DNA from: Bacilli bacterium
Lineage (GTDB): Bacteria > Bacillota_I > Bacilli_A > RF39 > UBA660
NCBI GenBank assembly: GCA_017441845.1
Contig: JAFRVB010000001.1
Span: forward strand, 1 to 62,477
Direction of reading: 5' to 3'
DNA: 62,477 nucleotides
Below, one piece after another: positions 28,564 to 38,814 of this stretch. The notes beneath the pieces were generated by a model that worked only from the letters and a program-made list of their open reading frames with translations, did not search any database and was not told where the DNA came from. Numbering within the stretch: the stretch's first letter is position 1; each line of letters begins with the position of its first letter. A program made the position numbers and the translations under genes.

Positions 28564-30513
28564 ATGAAGAAAATAAGCATAATACTTAGTCTGATTGTTA
28601 TTATAGCTTTAATAATTGTAGGAATATGTATCTATGATAATCAAGAAGTAAAAACAATTAAAAGTGAAAAAGAATTAACTAGAATTCTAAATAATAATGA
28701 AAAAGACCAAATACCATTAGGAATAAGACTATTAACAATGCCTTTCAGTATAATGTTAGGAAATTATCAACCTGTATATAATGAATGGCAAACAATAGAT
28801 TCTTATACTACAACTAAATCAAATGACGCAACAAACGAAGGAAGCACAAGAGATTATTCAAAAACAAATATCCAAGTAGAAGGAGTAGATGAAGCAGACA
28901 TCATCAAAACAGATGGAGACTATATTTATTCAATATCTGGTAATAATGTCATAATCACAAACGCTAAAGATCCAAAAGACACAAAAATAGAAACAAAGAT
29001 CAACGGTGAAAAGAATGTCCCAACAGACTTATTGCTATATAAAGATAAATTAGTAGTAATTTCTACAGAAGTAACAAACACAAGAAGCGGAGACAGATAT
29101 TCTTGGTATAGACCACAAGATAGAAATACAGTTGTTACTATTTATGATGTTAAAGATAAACAAAAACCTAAAGTAGAGAAGAAATTTAAATTAAAAGAAG
29201 AATATAATACTACAAGATGTATAGATGGAAACTTATATATATTTGCTTCAGGATACTTAAGAAAGAAAGATAATAAAGTAGATAGAACTTATAGAGAAGA
29301 TAATAAAACAAAAGAAATAGAACTAAGTAATATTAAATATTTAAAAAATAAAAAACAAAACACTCAAACATTAATAGCTGAAGTAGATTTAAATAATATT
29401 AAAGATATTAAATTAAGTTCTTATCTAATTGATATAACTAATTCATATGTATCTAAAGATAATATCTATTTATTAGATGAAAAATATTCTTCAGAAAAAC
29501 CATCATTAAAAGATTTATTTGGTTTTGCTGGAGTATTTGGATATTTCAAAAACGTATATAATGATAATAGTGAAAAAACAACTATCTATAAATTTAATAT
29601 AGATAAAAAGAAAGGTGTTAAATACCAAACATCTAATAGAGTAGAAGGAACTATTATTAATCAATATTCCTTAGATGAAAAAGATAATAATTTAAGAATA
29701 GCTTTAGAAACAGATGATGGCTCAAATGTAACAGTATTAGATAAAAACTTAAAAGTAAGAGGAAAAACAGAAAATGTTGCTGAAGGAGAAAACATGTATG
29801 CTTCTAGATTTATGGGAGATAAAGCTTATTTAGTAACATATCAAAATACAGATCCATTATTTGTAATAGATTTACAAGATCCAGACAACCCAGAAGTTCT
29901 AGGAGAATTAAAAATACCAGGTTATAGTACTTATCTACATCCATATGATGAAAATCATTTAATTGGCATTGGTATGGATACAAGAGAAAGAGTATATAGA
30001 GATATAAATGGTAGAGTAACATCTACTTGGACTGAAACAGTTGGAATGAAGATGTCTCTATTCGATGTAACTGATGTAGAGAATCCAGTAGAGATAGATC
30101 ATACAACTATTGGAGACAGAAGAACAGTATCCGCAATATTAACTAATCCAAAAGCATTATTATTCTCAAAAGAAAAAGAATTAATTGCGATACCAGTAAA
30201 TAATTATAATAAAGATTTCTCAGTAAGAGATGCTGATGAATATGATGAAGAAATAGATAATTTTACTGATAAAAAAGATTATGTATCAGAAGGATACTTA
30301 GTATATAAAGTTAACTTAGATGGGTTCAAACTAAAAGGATCAATAACTCATGAAAAGAAAACAAGTAATTATTTCTATTATTACAACACTAAGTTATTAA
30401 GAGGTCTTTATATAGATGATAATCTATATACAGTTTCAGAAAGTAAGATTAAAGTAAATGATTTAAAAACTTTAAAAGAAATAAAATCTATAGATGTGGA
30501 AGGAGAAAAATAA
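28564..30513 (+). CDS. Secreted beta-propeller domain protein
   Basis: Signal/TM segment, DYS.TNIQVEGVDEADIIKTDG.YIY, RFMGDKAYLVTY.NTDPLFVIDL, GELKIPGYSTYLHP. Confidence 0.88.
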   Translation: MKKISIILSLIVIIALIIVGICIYDNQEVKTIKSEKELTRILNNNEKDQIPLGIRLLTMPFSIMLGNYQPVYNEWQTIDSYTTTKSNDATNEGSTRDYSKTNIQVEGVDEADIIKTDGDYIYSISGNNVIITNAKDPKDTKIETKINGEKNVPTDLLLYKDKLVVISTEVTNTRSGDRYSWYRPQDRNTVVTIYDVKDKQKPKVEKKFKLKEEYNTTRCIDGNLYIFASGYLRKKDNKVDRTYREDNKTKEIELSNIKYLKNKKQNTQTLIAEVDLNNIKDIKLSSYLIDITNSYVSKDNIYLLDEKYSSEKPSLKDLFGFAGVFGYFKNVYNDNSEKTTIYKFNIDKKKGVKYQTSNRVEGTIINQYSLDEKDNNLRIALETDDGSNVTVLDKNLKVRGKTENVAEGENMYASRFMGDKAYLVTYQNTDPLFVIDLQDPDNPEVLGELKIPGYSTYLHPYDENHLIGIGMDTRERVYRDINGRVTSTWTETVGMKMSLFDVTDVENPVEIDHTTIGDRRTVSAILTNPKALLFSKEKELIAIPVNNYNKDFSVRDADEYDEEIDNFTDKKDYVSEGYLVYKVNLDGFKLKGSITHEKKTSNYFYYYNTKLLRGLYIDDNLYTVSESKIKVNDLKTLKEIKSIDVEGEK

Positions 30514-30514
30514 T

Positions 30515-30772
30515 ATGGAAAAGAAAGAAAAAAGAACAGTATCTCATATAGTATCATTAGTGTTGGGAATAATATCAATACTATCAAACTTCTTTTGGTA
30601 TATATCATTACCTACAGGTATAGCTGCTATTGTTTTAGGAACAACATCTTATAAGAAAGAGAATAAAAAGATGGGAGTAGCTGGACTAGTAACAGGTATC
30701 ATTGGTGTAGCTCTATGTTTATTCATCTATATCACATTAATAGTTATCGCAATTCTAGCTAATTATTATTAA
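30515..30772 (+). CDS. Small two-TM protein (DUF4190-like)
   Basis: SLVLGIIS...GIAAIVLG...M.VAGLVTGIIG. ATG at 30515 follows AAGGAG. Confidence 0.65.
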   Translation: MEKKEKRTVSHIVSLVLGIISILSNFFWYISLPTGIAAIVLGTTSYKKENKKMGVAGLVTGIIGVALCLFIYITLIVIAILANYY

Positions 30773-30773
30773 T

Positions 30774-31415
30774 ATGAAAGAAGCTATAGAAGAATTAAAA
30801 AAAGAGATTGGTAATGATGTCACATTAGTCGCAGTATCTAAAACTAAACCTAATGAAGATATATTAAAAGCCTATGATTTAGGTTTAAGAGATTTTGGAG
30901 AAAACTATGTCCAAGAACTAACTAGTAAGATGGATTCTCTTCCAGAAGATATTAATTGGCATATGATAGGGCATCTACAAACTAATAAAGTTAGAGATAT
31001 AGTAAAAAGAAATATTTATCTAATCGAATCAGTAGATTCATTCAAGTTAGCTAAAGAAATAAATAAAGAAGCAATCAAACAAGATAAAAAAGTTAATATC
31101 TTAATAGAAGTAAATATAGCTAATGATCCTAATAAAACAGGAATTCATACTACTGAATTAGATAACTTAATCAATGAAGTAAAGGAACTACCTAATATTA
31201 ATCTAAAAGGTCTTATGGCAATCGCTCCTCATACAGAAGATACTAATCAAATAAGAATTTCATTCAAAGAAATGAAAAAATTAAAAGATAAATATAATTT
31301 TGAATTACTATCAATGGGTATGAGTAGTGATTATAAAATTGCTATTGAAGAAGGAACAGATATAATACGTATAGGTACCAAAATCTTTGGAGAAAGAGAT
31401 TATTCAAAAAGATAA
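30774..31415 (+). CDS. yggS: PLP homeostasis protein YggS
   Basis: LVAVSKT, FGENYVQE, WHMIGHLQTNK, LSMGMS.DY..AI.EG...IRIGT.IFG.R. Confidence 0.96.
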   Translation: MKEAIEELKKEIGNDVTLVAVSKTKPNEDILKAYDLGLRDFGENYVQELTSKMDSLPEDINWHMIGHLQTNKVRDIVKRNIYLIESVDSFKLAKEINKEAIKQDKKVNILIEVNIANDPNKTGIHTTELDNLINEVKELPNINLKGLMAIAPHTEDTNQIRISFKEMKKLKDKYNFELLSMGMSSDYKIAIEEGTDIIRIGTKIFGERDYSKR

Positions 31416-31435
31416 ACAATCGTTTATCTTTTTTT
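31406..31435 (+). terminator. Intrinsic terminator after yggS
   Basis: aaaaagataaac-aatc-gtttatcttttttt. Confidence 0.75.
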
Positions 31436-31496
31436 AAATAAAAAATATGATATACTATAAACAACGAAAAATATTAGTAAAGATCAGAGGGTTATT

Positions 31497-32843
31497 ATGA
31501 ATATTTTAATTGTAAGTTTTTTTGATGATAATTATGGAGATATGTTAATACGTATATGCTTTAAAAATCTATTAAAAGCAGCATTACATAATAAAAAGAT
31601 AACAGACTATAGTATAGATGAAATGGCATTAAAAAGTATTGATGAAGAAAAGATTAAGAAAGCAGATGTAATCTTCTTTGCTGGAGGAGGTTTATTTGGA
31701 CTTAGTTATCTTTCTTTTGCTCCATTTTTAGATAAAATAACAGAAATAGCTGAAAAAGAAAAAACACCAGTAGTGTTCTCATCTATAGGTATTAATAATA
31801 TGGATTCTGTAGATGGAAATAACTCTCTATTTGAAAAAATATTAAATAGAAAAAATATAAAACATATCGCTGTAAGAGAAAACAAAGAATTCTTTGATAA
31901 ATATTCAAATAAAAAAGAAATAAGAGAAGTATGTGACCCAGGATTATGGACAAGATATATTTATGGTATAGAAAAGAATAAAGGAAATAAATGTATCGGA
32001 ATAAATGTAGTAAGAGGTGGATTATTCAAAGACAATGATAAAGAATGGACATTACAAGATGAAATGGATTATCTATCTAAAATAAAGAACTATTTAGATA
32101 AAAAAGGATTGGATTATAGATTCTATACTAATGGTAGTTTATTAGATAATAATGCTTTAAGATATTTTGCTAAAGAATATAATGTTCCAGAAGAGAAAAC
32201 AATATATCCACAAACAACAAAAGAATTTGTAGAATGTTTTAAATATTTTGATGCAACATTCTCAATCAGAATGCATTCAGCTATAGTATCATACTCATTA
32301 GATATACCAGCTTTCAATATAGTATGGAATGATAAATTAAGATATTTCTATAAAGCTGTAAATCATCCAGATAGAGCTATTGAAATAAAAGAGTGGAGCA
32401 TTAATAAAGTAGCTACTAAATTTAATAAAGCTCTAGAGGAAGAAGAAAATTTAGATAAGAATTATTTAATGTCTCTATATGATTATCTATTTGATGTTAT
32501 AGAAGATTTATTTCCAAAAACTAAAAAGACACAAAAATATAACTTCCAAGAAGTTACTAAATATTTAAAAGAAATAGAAGTATCTAAAGAAGAAGATTAT
32601 ATAGATATGTATTATAAATTAAGTTTAGGAGAAAATAGATATCTATCATTATTTGATAAAGATAGAAAGAAAGGTATAAAAATTACTGAATTAAAAGAAG
32701 AAATAAAAGATAAAAAAGAAGAGATAAAAAAATTAAAAGATAAAGTAAACAAAAAAGAAGAACAGTTACAAAGAATATATAATAAATTCCCAATCAGGGT
32801 ATATAGAAAAATTAAAAGAACATTTAAAAGAAAAAAGACTTAA
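31497..32843 (+). CDS. Polysaccharide pyruvyl transferase family protein with C-terminal coiled coil
   Basis: N.GD, FFAGGGLF, I.VRE, CDPG, RMH.AI..Y...IP. Confidence 0.8.
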   Translation: MNILIVSFFDDNYGDMLIRICFKNLLKAALHNKKITDYSIDEMALKSIDEEKIKKADVIFFAGGGLFGLSYLSFAPFLDKITEIAEKEKTPVVFSSIGINNMDSVDGNNSLFEKILNRKNIKHIAVRENKEFFDKYSNKKEIREVCDPGLWTRYIYGIEKNKGNKCIGINVVRGGLFKDNDKEWTLQDEMDYLSKIKNYLDKKGLDYRFYTNGSLLDNNALRYFAKEYNVPEEKTIYPQTTKEFVECFKYFDATFSIRMHSAIVSYSLDIPAFNIVWNDKLRYFYKAVNHPDRAIEIKEWSINKVATKFNKALEEEENLDKNYLMSLYDYLFDVIEDLFPKTKKTQKYNFQEVTKYLKEIEVSKEEDYIDMYYKLSLGENRYLSLFDKDRKKGIKITELKEEIKDKKEEIKKLKDKVNKKEEQLQRIYNKFPIRVYRKIKRTFKRKKT

Positions 32844-32860
32844 TTAAAAGTCTTTTTCTT
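32831..32860. terminator. Bidirectional terminator (pyruvyl transferase / ndk)
   Basis: aaaaagact-taattaaa-agtctttttctt between convergent genes. Confidence 0.6.
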
Positions 32861-33284
32861 CTCCATGATTTACTTTTATATTAAAGAATCTTTCTATTTC
32901 AATTAAAGCAGTTTCCCTAGAATCAGAACCATGTATAACATTCTGATTAACAATCTCTTTATTACCAAAATCTCCTCTAATAGTACCAGCAGGAGCCTCA
33001 CTACTTCTAGTAGGTCCCATCAAATCTCTCATACCTTGAATAGCATTTTCTCCATAAACTATCATGGGTACCACATAATCAGAAAGCATAAACTCTTTCA
33101 TTTCTGGATAGAAATCTCTATCTTTAACATGAGCATAATGTTCATCTAGAATATCTCCGTCTAGTTTTCTAACATCAAATAATTTGATTTCATATCCTTT
33201 ATTTTGTATTCTTCTAACAATCTCTTCAGTTAAACCTGCTTTAACTCCATCAGGTTTAATCATAATATATGTATATTCTTTCAT
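32844..33284 (-). CDS. ndk: Nucleoside diphosphate kinase
   Basis: MIKPDGV, HYAHV, GTIRGDFG, N.IHGSDS. Confidence 0.97.
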   Translation of the reverse strand: MKEYTYIMIKPDGVKAGLTEEIVRRIQNKGYEIKLFDVRKLDGDILDEHYAHVKDRDFYPEMKEFMLSDYVVPMIVYGENAIQGMRDLMGPTRSSEAPAGTIRGDFGNKEIVNQNVIHGSDSRETALIEIERFFNIKVNHGEEKDF

Positions 33285-33338
33285 AGAATCACTCCTTCAT
33301 AAAAAGTTTATAAATTTTAAATAATCTTGTCAAGAAAT

Positions 33339-33848
33339 TTAAAATACCTGACTAGCTTCAACATACTCTTTCTCAGAAAAAGCACAAAGTATTACTTCAA
33401 CAGAATAATCACTATCATTTATAAAATCATTATAAGCTTTTAAACATTGAGTAGCTGAATTTCTCGCAGGATTACTCAAATTACCTCCAAAAATACCAGA
33501 ACTTATCAAAGGAAAAGATATTGAATGCAGATGATTCTCTTTTAATAGAAGTAAAGAGTTATAATAAGCATTATATAAATCACCAACATTAGTAGAAACA
33601 CTAAAGTCTGGACCAACCGCATGAAATATATACTTACAATTAGTCATATTAAAACTAGGCGTCATTACTACATCTCCATCACTTAGAGGTGTATTTATCT
33701 TCTTACAAGCCTCATCTAATTCAAAATAACCAGCCTGTGAAAATATTTGTCCACAAACACCACCACCAGGTTTTAAATATTTATTTGCAGCATTCACAAC
33801 AACCTCAACTTCTTGATCTGCCGCAGAACCATGTATTAATTTAATCAT
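33339..33848 (-). CDS. Macro domain protein (MacroD/YmdB-type ADP-ribose hydrolase)
   Basis: VVNAAN..L..GGGV.G.I, HAVGP, SISFPLISSGIFG. Confidence 0.9.
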   Translation of the reverse strand: MIKLIHGSAADQEVEVVVNAANKYLKPGGGVCGQIFSQAGYFELDEACKKINTPLSDGDVVMTPSFNMTNCKYIFHAVGPDFSVSTNVGDLYNAYYNSLLLLKENHLHSISFPLISSGIFGGNLSNPARNSATQCLKAYNDFINDSDYSVEVILCAFSEKEYVEASQVF

Positions 33849-34741
33849 ATTACCTCCAAATCATGTTCCAATAATTTAATAAAATTATTCACAATAGTAT
33901 TATTCATTCTATTAGAATCAATTAAATATACTAAATCTTTCTCTTTTAAATTAAAAGATGTTTTTAATTCAAATAAATTCTTATTATCTAAATTATTCTT
34001 AACATATTCTCTAACTACTAAACCAACACCCAATCCATTTAAAGCACAATCTTCGATGATTAAATCATTACCAATCTCCATTAAAGGATTAATAACTATA
34101 TTATTGGTAGAACAAAAATGATTAAAATTCTTTCTATTACTCGCATCAAAAGGTAAAAGTACTAGAGGTAATTCTTTTAAATCATTTTTACTAATAGTTT
34201 TATCTTTATATTTACTATCTTTATTAACTACTAAGATATCATGTAGTTTTTTTAACTTAATTATTTTAAAATTACTTGGTACATCATTAGGTAAATGAGT
34301 AAAAACAATATCTACTAAACCTACTTGAGCACGTTTTATTAACTCAGGAGTAACCACAGTATGAACAATAACATTAATGTTTGGATATAATTCATGAAAC
34401 TCCCTAATATAAGGCATTAAGTATCTCTGCATAATAGTATTACCAGCTCCAATGTTTATAGTTCCTTGTTCCATATTATTAAGACTAGTTATATCTTCTT
34501 CAGCAGATATAATTAAATCCATAGATTTCTTGATCTTATTATAAAGTAATTCACCCGCATTAGTTAAAGTAACACCAGTTTTATTTCTGTTGAATAGAGT
34601 TGTGTTAAGATCTCTTTCTAAAACTTTAATAGATTTAGTAACCGCAGGTTGACTAACCATCAACTCATTAGAAGCACCCGTAATACTTCTATTCTTTACT
34701 ACGTAATAAAAAACTTTATATAATTCTAAATTAGTTTTCAT
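33845..34741 (-). CDS. LysR-family transcriptional regulator
   Basis: LELYKVFY.V....SIT.AS..L.VSQPAVT.SIK.LE..L...LFNR...GV.LT.AG. ATG at 34741 follows GAGGTG. ATGA overlap with the macro gene. Confidence 0.95.
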   Translation of the reverse strand: MKTNLELYKVFYYVVKNRSITGASNELMVSQPAVTKSIKVLERDLNTTLFNRNKTGVTLTNAGELLYNKIKKSMDLIISAEEDITSLNNMEQGTINIGAGNTIMQRYLMPYIREFHELYPNINVIVHTVVTPELIKRAQVGLVDIVFTHLPNDVPSNFKIIKLKKLHDILVVNKDSKYKDKTISKNDLKELPLVLLPFDASNRKNFNHFCSTNNIVINPLMEIGNDLIIEDCALNGLGVGLVVREYVKNNLDNKNLFELKTSFNLKEKDLVYLIDSNRMNNTIVNNFIKLLEHDLEVI

Positions 34742-34751
34742 AAAACACCTC

Positions 34752-34766
34752 ATAACCACAGGTTAT
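34752..34766. promoter_or_regulatory. LysR-type T-N11-A binding site
   Basis: Palindrome ATAACC-ACA-GGTTAT next to two divergent -10 boxes (minus 34793-34798, plus 34812-34817). Confidence 0.7.
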
Positions 34767-34870
34767 ATATAACATAAAAAATATGTATTTTAATTATATC
34801 AAAACAAGTATTATAATACAAATTTAGTTTGAGGAGGCCTCATCAAACAAATCTAAAAGGAGGGAAAAGG

Positions 34871-35491
34871 TTGGAAAATTCATTCATAAAAGAGTTAAGA
34901 AACGCAAAAGAAAATCATAATGAAAAAATAGTAGAGTTCTTTAATGATGGAAAAGTAAGAAGAGACAAAATAGACGATCTTGAAAGATTGGAATCAGCTA
35001 AACTAACTAATAAATTTTACATGATAACAGATGTAATGTCTAAGGCTACTGAATTATATGGTTATACCTGTGACTTTGACACTATAACTATGAAGCTATA
35101 TCTTGGAATCATATATGATATTGATGATATAGATGAAAATGATCAAATTAAAGAAAACGCTAGCCCTATGAAAGGAATGTTACGTTTCTATACTGGTGAA
35201 GTAGATTGTTATTTAGATGGTGAAAAGACTAATGAAAGAACAAGTGAGCGTGGCAGCCAAAGTTATATTAAATTTAGTCAATTAATGTCTTCAGTAAAAA
35301 AATGTGGATTAGACTACAATGGACCAGAAACATTTGAAGAGTTAAAGACAAGAATTCTTAATAACGAAGTTTTTGATATTACTTTAACAGCAAGTTTAAA
35401 ACAAAAAGAAGAAAAATTAGATCAAGAAACAGTTAAAGAAGAAAAGCCAGTAGAACAAAAACCAAAAACAAAAAGATTCTTCAAGAGATAA
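34871..35491 (+). CDS. Hypothetical acidic protein with basic C-terminal tail
   Basis: Long ORF with host-like codon use. TTG at 34871 follows AGGAGG. It has its own promoter and terminator, and no family is recognised. Confidence 0.75.
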   Translation: MENSFIKELRNAKENHNEKIVEFFNDGKVRRDKIDDLERLESAKLTNKFYMITDVMSKATELYGYTCDFDTITMKLYLGIIYDIDDIDENDQIKENASPMKGMLRFYTGEVDCYLDGEKTNERTSERGSQSYIKFSQLMSSVKKCGLDYNGPETFEELKTRILNNEVFDITLTASLKQKEEKLDQETVKEEKPVEQKPKTKRFFKR

Positions 35492-35497
35492 CCTAAT

Positions 35498-35529
35498 AAA
35501 GAAGTAGAAACATTCTACTTCTTTTTTTT
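35498..35529 (+). terminator. Intrinsic terminator
   Basis: aaagaagtagaa-aca-ttctacttcttttttt. Confidence 0.75.
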
Positions 35530-35571
35530 ATAAAAAAGTGTTATAATATCATCGGTTTAGGAGGTGTCTAT

Positions 35572-36924
35572 ATGGAAGATACTATTGTAGCTATTTCAAC
35601 AGCTCTAGGAGTAGGAGCTATTTCAATAGTTAGATTATCTGGTAAAGATGCCATAGAGATAGTTAATAACTGTTTTGAAGGAAAAGATTTAACTAAAGTT
35701 AACTCTCATACTATTAACTATGGGTATATTAAAAATGATGAAGAAATAATAGATGAAGTATTAGTTTCTGTTATGAAAGAACCTAGAACTTATACTAAAG
35801 AAAACATAGTTGAAATCAATTGTCATGGTGGTATTATCGCGACTAATAAGATATTGGAAACTATGTTAGAAAATGGTGCAAGATTAGCTGAACCTGGAGA
35901 ATTTACTAAAAGAGCTTTCTTAAATGGAAGAATAGATTTAGTAGAATCAGAATCAGTAATGGATTTAATCGAATCTAAATCAGATGAAGCAAGATCTCTT
36001 GCTATTTCTTCTTTAAAAGGTAATATATCTAACTTAATAGAAGAATTTAGAGATAATTTAAAACAATTATTATCACAAATAGAAGTAAATATAGATTATC
36101 CAGAATACTATGATATCGAAGTGGTCACAAAACAAAACATCAGAGATAACTTAGATGGTATGAAAAATAATCTTAATAGATTAATCAAAGAATCTAAGAA
36201 TACATTACCAGTAAAAGAAGGAATAAAAACAGTAATATTAGGTAGACCTAATGTAGGTAAATCTTCTCTTCTTAATGCTTTATTAAATGAAGATAAAGCT
36301 ATCGTTACAGAAGTTGCTGGTACTACAAGAGATATAGTAGAAGGAGAAATCCTTTTAGATGGAATTCTACTTAAAATGATAGATACTGCTGGTATCAGAA
36401 AAACAGCTAATGTTGTTGAATCTATCGGAGTAGAAAAATCATTATCACTTATTAAAGATGCTGATTTAGTAATAGTTGTTTTAAATAATAATGAAAAATT
36501 AACTAAAGAAGATCAAGAAATATTAGAAAAAACTAAACATAAACCTAGAATAGTAGTAGTAAATAAAGTAGATTTAAAAACTAAATTAAAATTAAAAGAA
36601 GAAATAGATAATATTATTACTACTTCAACAATCAAAAACTTAGGTATTGAAGAATTAAAAGATAAAATAAAAGAATTATTTAATATAGAACAAATTAAAA
36701 CTAAAGATTATACGTATTTATCAAATTCAAGACAAATATCTTTAGCTAGAAGAGCTTATAAAGAATTAAAACAAGCTGAAGAAGCTCTTGATAATAATGT
36801 TCCTATCGACATGGTAGAGATTGATTTAAAAGATGCGTTTGATACTTTAGGAGAAATAATAGGAGAAACTTATTCAGAGGAGATAATAGATAATTTATTT
36901 AAGAATTTCTGTGTAGGAAAGTAG
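35572..36924 (+). CDS. mnmE: tRNA modification GTPase MnmE
   Basis: DTIVAIST, EINCHGG, GRPNVGKSSL, GTTRD, DTAGIR, NKVD, terminal FCVGK. Confidence 0.98.
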   Translation: MEDTIVAISTALGVGAISIVRLSGKDAIEIVNNCFEGKDLTKVNSHTINYGYIKNDEEIIDEVLVSVMKEPRTYTKENIVEINCHGGIIATNKILETMLENGARLAEPGEFTKRAFLNGRIDLVESESVMDLIESKSDEARSLAISSLKGNISNLIEEFRDNLKQLLSQIEVNIDYPEYYDIEVVTKQNIRDNLDGMKNNLNRLIKESKNTLPVKEGIKTVILGRPNVGKSSLLNALLNEDKAIVTEVAGTTRDIVEGEILLDGILLKMIDTAGIRKTANVVESIGVEKSLSLIKDADLVIVVLNNNEKLTKEDQEILEKTKHKPRIVVVNKVDLKTKLKLKEEIDNIITTSTIKNLGIEELKDKIKELFNIEQIKTKDYTYLSNSRQISLARRAYKELKQAEEALDNNVPIDMVEIDLKDAFDTLGEIIGETYSEEIIDNLFKNFCVGK

Positions 36925-36933
36925 ATGATAAGA

Positions 36934-38814
36934 ATGGAATACGACATAATTGTAGTTGGTGGAGGACATGCTGGATGTGAAGCAGCTCTATCATCAGCTA
37001 GATTAGGGGATAAAACTTTATTAGTAACAGGTAATATTAAAAATATTGCTGATATGCCTTGTAATCCATCAGTAGGTGGACCAGCTAAAGGTATTGTTGT
37101 AAGAGAAATAGATGCTTTAGGTGGAGAAATGGGTAAAAATGCTGATAAAGCATGTATTCAAATGAAAATGTTGAATACTAAAAAAGGACCTGCAGTACAA
37201 GCACTAAGAGCTCAAGCAGATAAACATATTTATCCACTAGAAATGTTAAAAACATTAAATAGTGAAGAAAACCTAACTATTAAAGAAGCTATGGTAGAAG
37301 ATTTAATAGTAGAAGATAACAAAATAAAAGGAATAATTTTAGATAATAATGAAAAAATAACATCTAAAGCAGTAATTCTAACTACAGGTACGTATCTAAA
37401 AGCAGATATTCTAAATGGAAAAGATAGAACTCCATCAGGACCTCATGGTGAAAAGAGATCTAATCATCTATCAGATAAATTAAAAGAATTAGGTTTTACT
37501 ATTCTAAGATTAAAAACAGGTACACCACCTAGAGTAGATAAAAATATAATTGATTATGATAAAACTTCTCTAGAACCAGGAGATAATGTATTAAGAACAT
37601 TCTCTTTTGATAACAAAGCTTACTATAAAGTAGAAGAACAAGTACCATGTCATTTAATATATACAAATGAAGAAACTCATAAAATAATAAATAAACATCT
37701 ACAAGAATCATCTATGTATGGAGGATATGTAGAAGGTATAGGTCCAAGATATTGTCCATCTATAGAAGATAAAGTTGTAAGATTCTCAGATAAAGAAAGA
37801 CATCAATTGTTTTTAGAACCAGAAAGTAATATAGAAGAAGATAAAGATTATGGTAACACTATTTATATTCAAGGATTCTCTACAAGTATGCCATACTATG
37901 TACAAGATAAATTAGTACATTCATTAAAAGGCTTAGAGAATGCTAAAATATTAAAATATGCTTATGCGATAGAGTATGATGCAATAGACTCTAAACAATT
38001 AAAACCATCACTTGAAACTAAGTTAGTAGAAAACTTATTCACAGCTGGTCAAATAAATGGAACATCAGGTTATGAAGAAGCAGCTGGTCAAGGTCTAATC
38101 GCAGGTATTAATGCACATCAAAAACTACATAATAAAGAACCATTAATCTTAAAAAGAAATGAAGCATACATAGGAGTATTAATAGATGATCTAGTAACTA
38201 AAGGAATAAAAGATCCATATAGATTACTAACATCACGAGCAGAATATAGATTATTATTAAGAAATGATAATGCTGATATTAGATTAACTGAATATGGTAA
38301 AGAAGTAGGTTTAATAACAGATAAAAGATATAAACTATTCAAAGATAAAATAAATAGTATTAATGAATTAACTGATCTATTAAAAGAAACAAGAATAACT
38401 CCTAAAAAAGATACTATTAAATTATTAGAAAAACTAAATACTTCTAGTCTAAATGAAGGAATCTCATTATATGAATTCTTAAAAAGACCAGAAATAACTA
38501 TTAATGATTTATCTAACTTTATAGAGTTAAACTATTCAGATGATGTTAAAGAAGAGGTAGAAATAATAGTTAAATATGAAGGTTATATTAAAAAAGCTAA
38601 TAAAGAAGCAGAGAAGATGTTATCTTTAGAATCTAAAGGTATACCAGAAGATATAGATTATAACGATGTAGATAATCTAGCTTCAGAAGCAAGAGAAAAA
38701 TTAATAGAGATAAGACCTCTATCTATAGGTCAAGCATCTCGTATTAGTGGAGTTAATCCAGCTGATATATCTATTCTAATGGTATATTTAAGGAGAAAAT
38801 ATAATGACAGATAA
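36934..38814 (+). CDS. mnmG: tRNA uridine 5-carboxymethylaminomethyl modification enzyme
   Basis: VVGGGHAGCEAA, CNPSVGG.AKG, GPRYCPSIEDK, AGQINGTSGYEEAA, TSRAEYRL. Confidence 0.98.
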   Translation: MEYDIIVVGGGHAGCEAALSSARLGDKTLLVTGNIKNIADMPCNPSVGGPAKGIVVREIDALGGEMGKNADKACIQMKMLNTKKGPAVQALRAQADKHIYPLEMLKTLNSEENLTIKEAMVEDLIVEDNKIKGIILDNNEKITSKAVILTTGTYLKADILNGKDRTPSGPHGEKRSNHLSDKLKELGFTILRLKTGTPPRVDKNIIDYDKTSLEPGDNVLRTFSFDNKAYYKVEEQVPCHLIYTNEETHKIINKHLQESSMYGGYVEGIGPRYCPSIEDKVVRFSDKERHQLFLEPESNIEEDKDYGNTIYIQGFSTSMPYYVQDKLVHSLKGLENAKILKYAYAIEYDAIDSKQLKPSLETKLVENLFTAGQINGTSGYEEAAGQGLIAGINAHQKLHNKEPLILKRNEAYIGVLIDDLVTKGIKDPYRLLTSRAEYRLLLRNDNADIRLTEYGKEVGLITDKRYKLFKDKINSINELTDLLKETRITPKKDTIKLLEKLNTSSLNEGISLYEFLKRPEITINDLSNFIELNYSDDVKEEVEIIVKYEGYIKKANKEAEKMLSLESKGIPEDIDYNDVDNLASEAREKLIEIRPLSIGQASRISGVNPADISILMVYLRRKYNDR

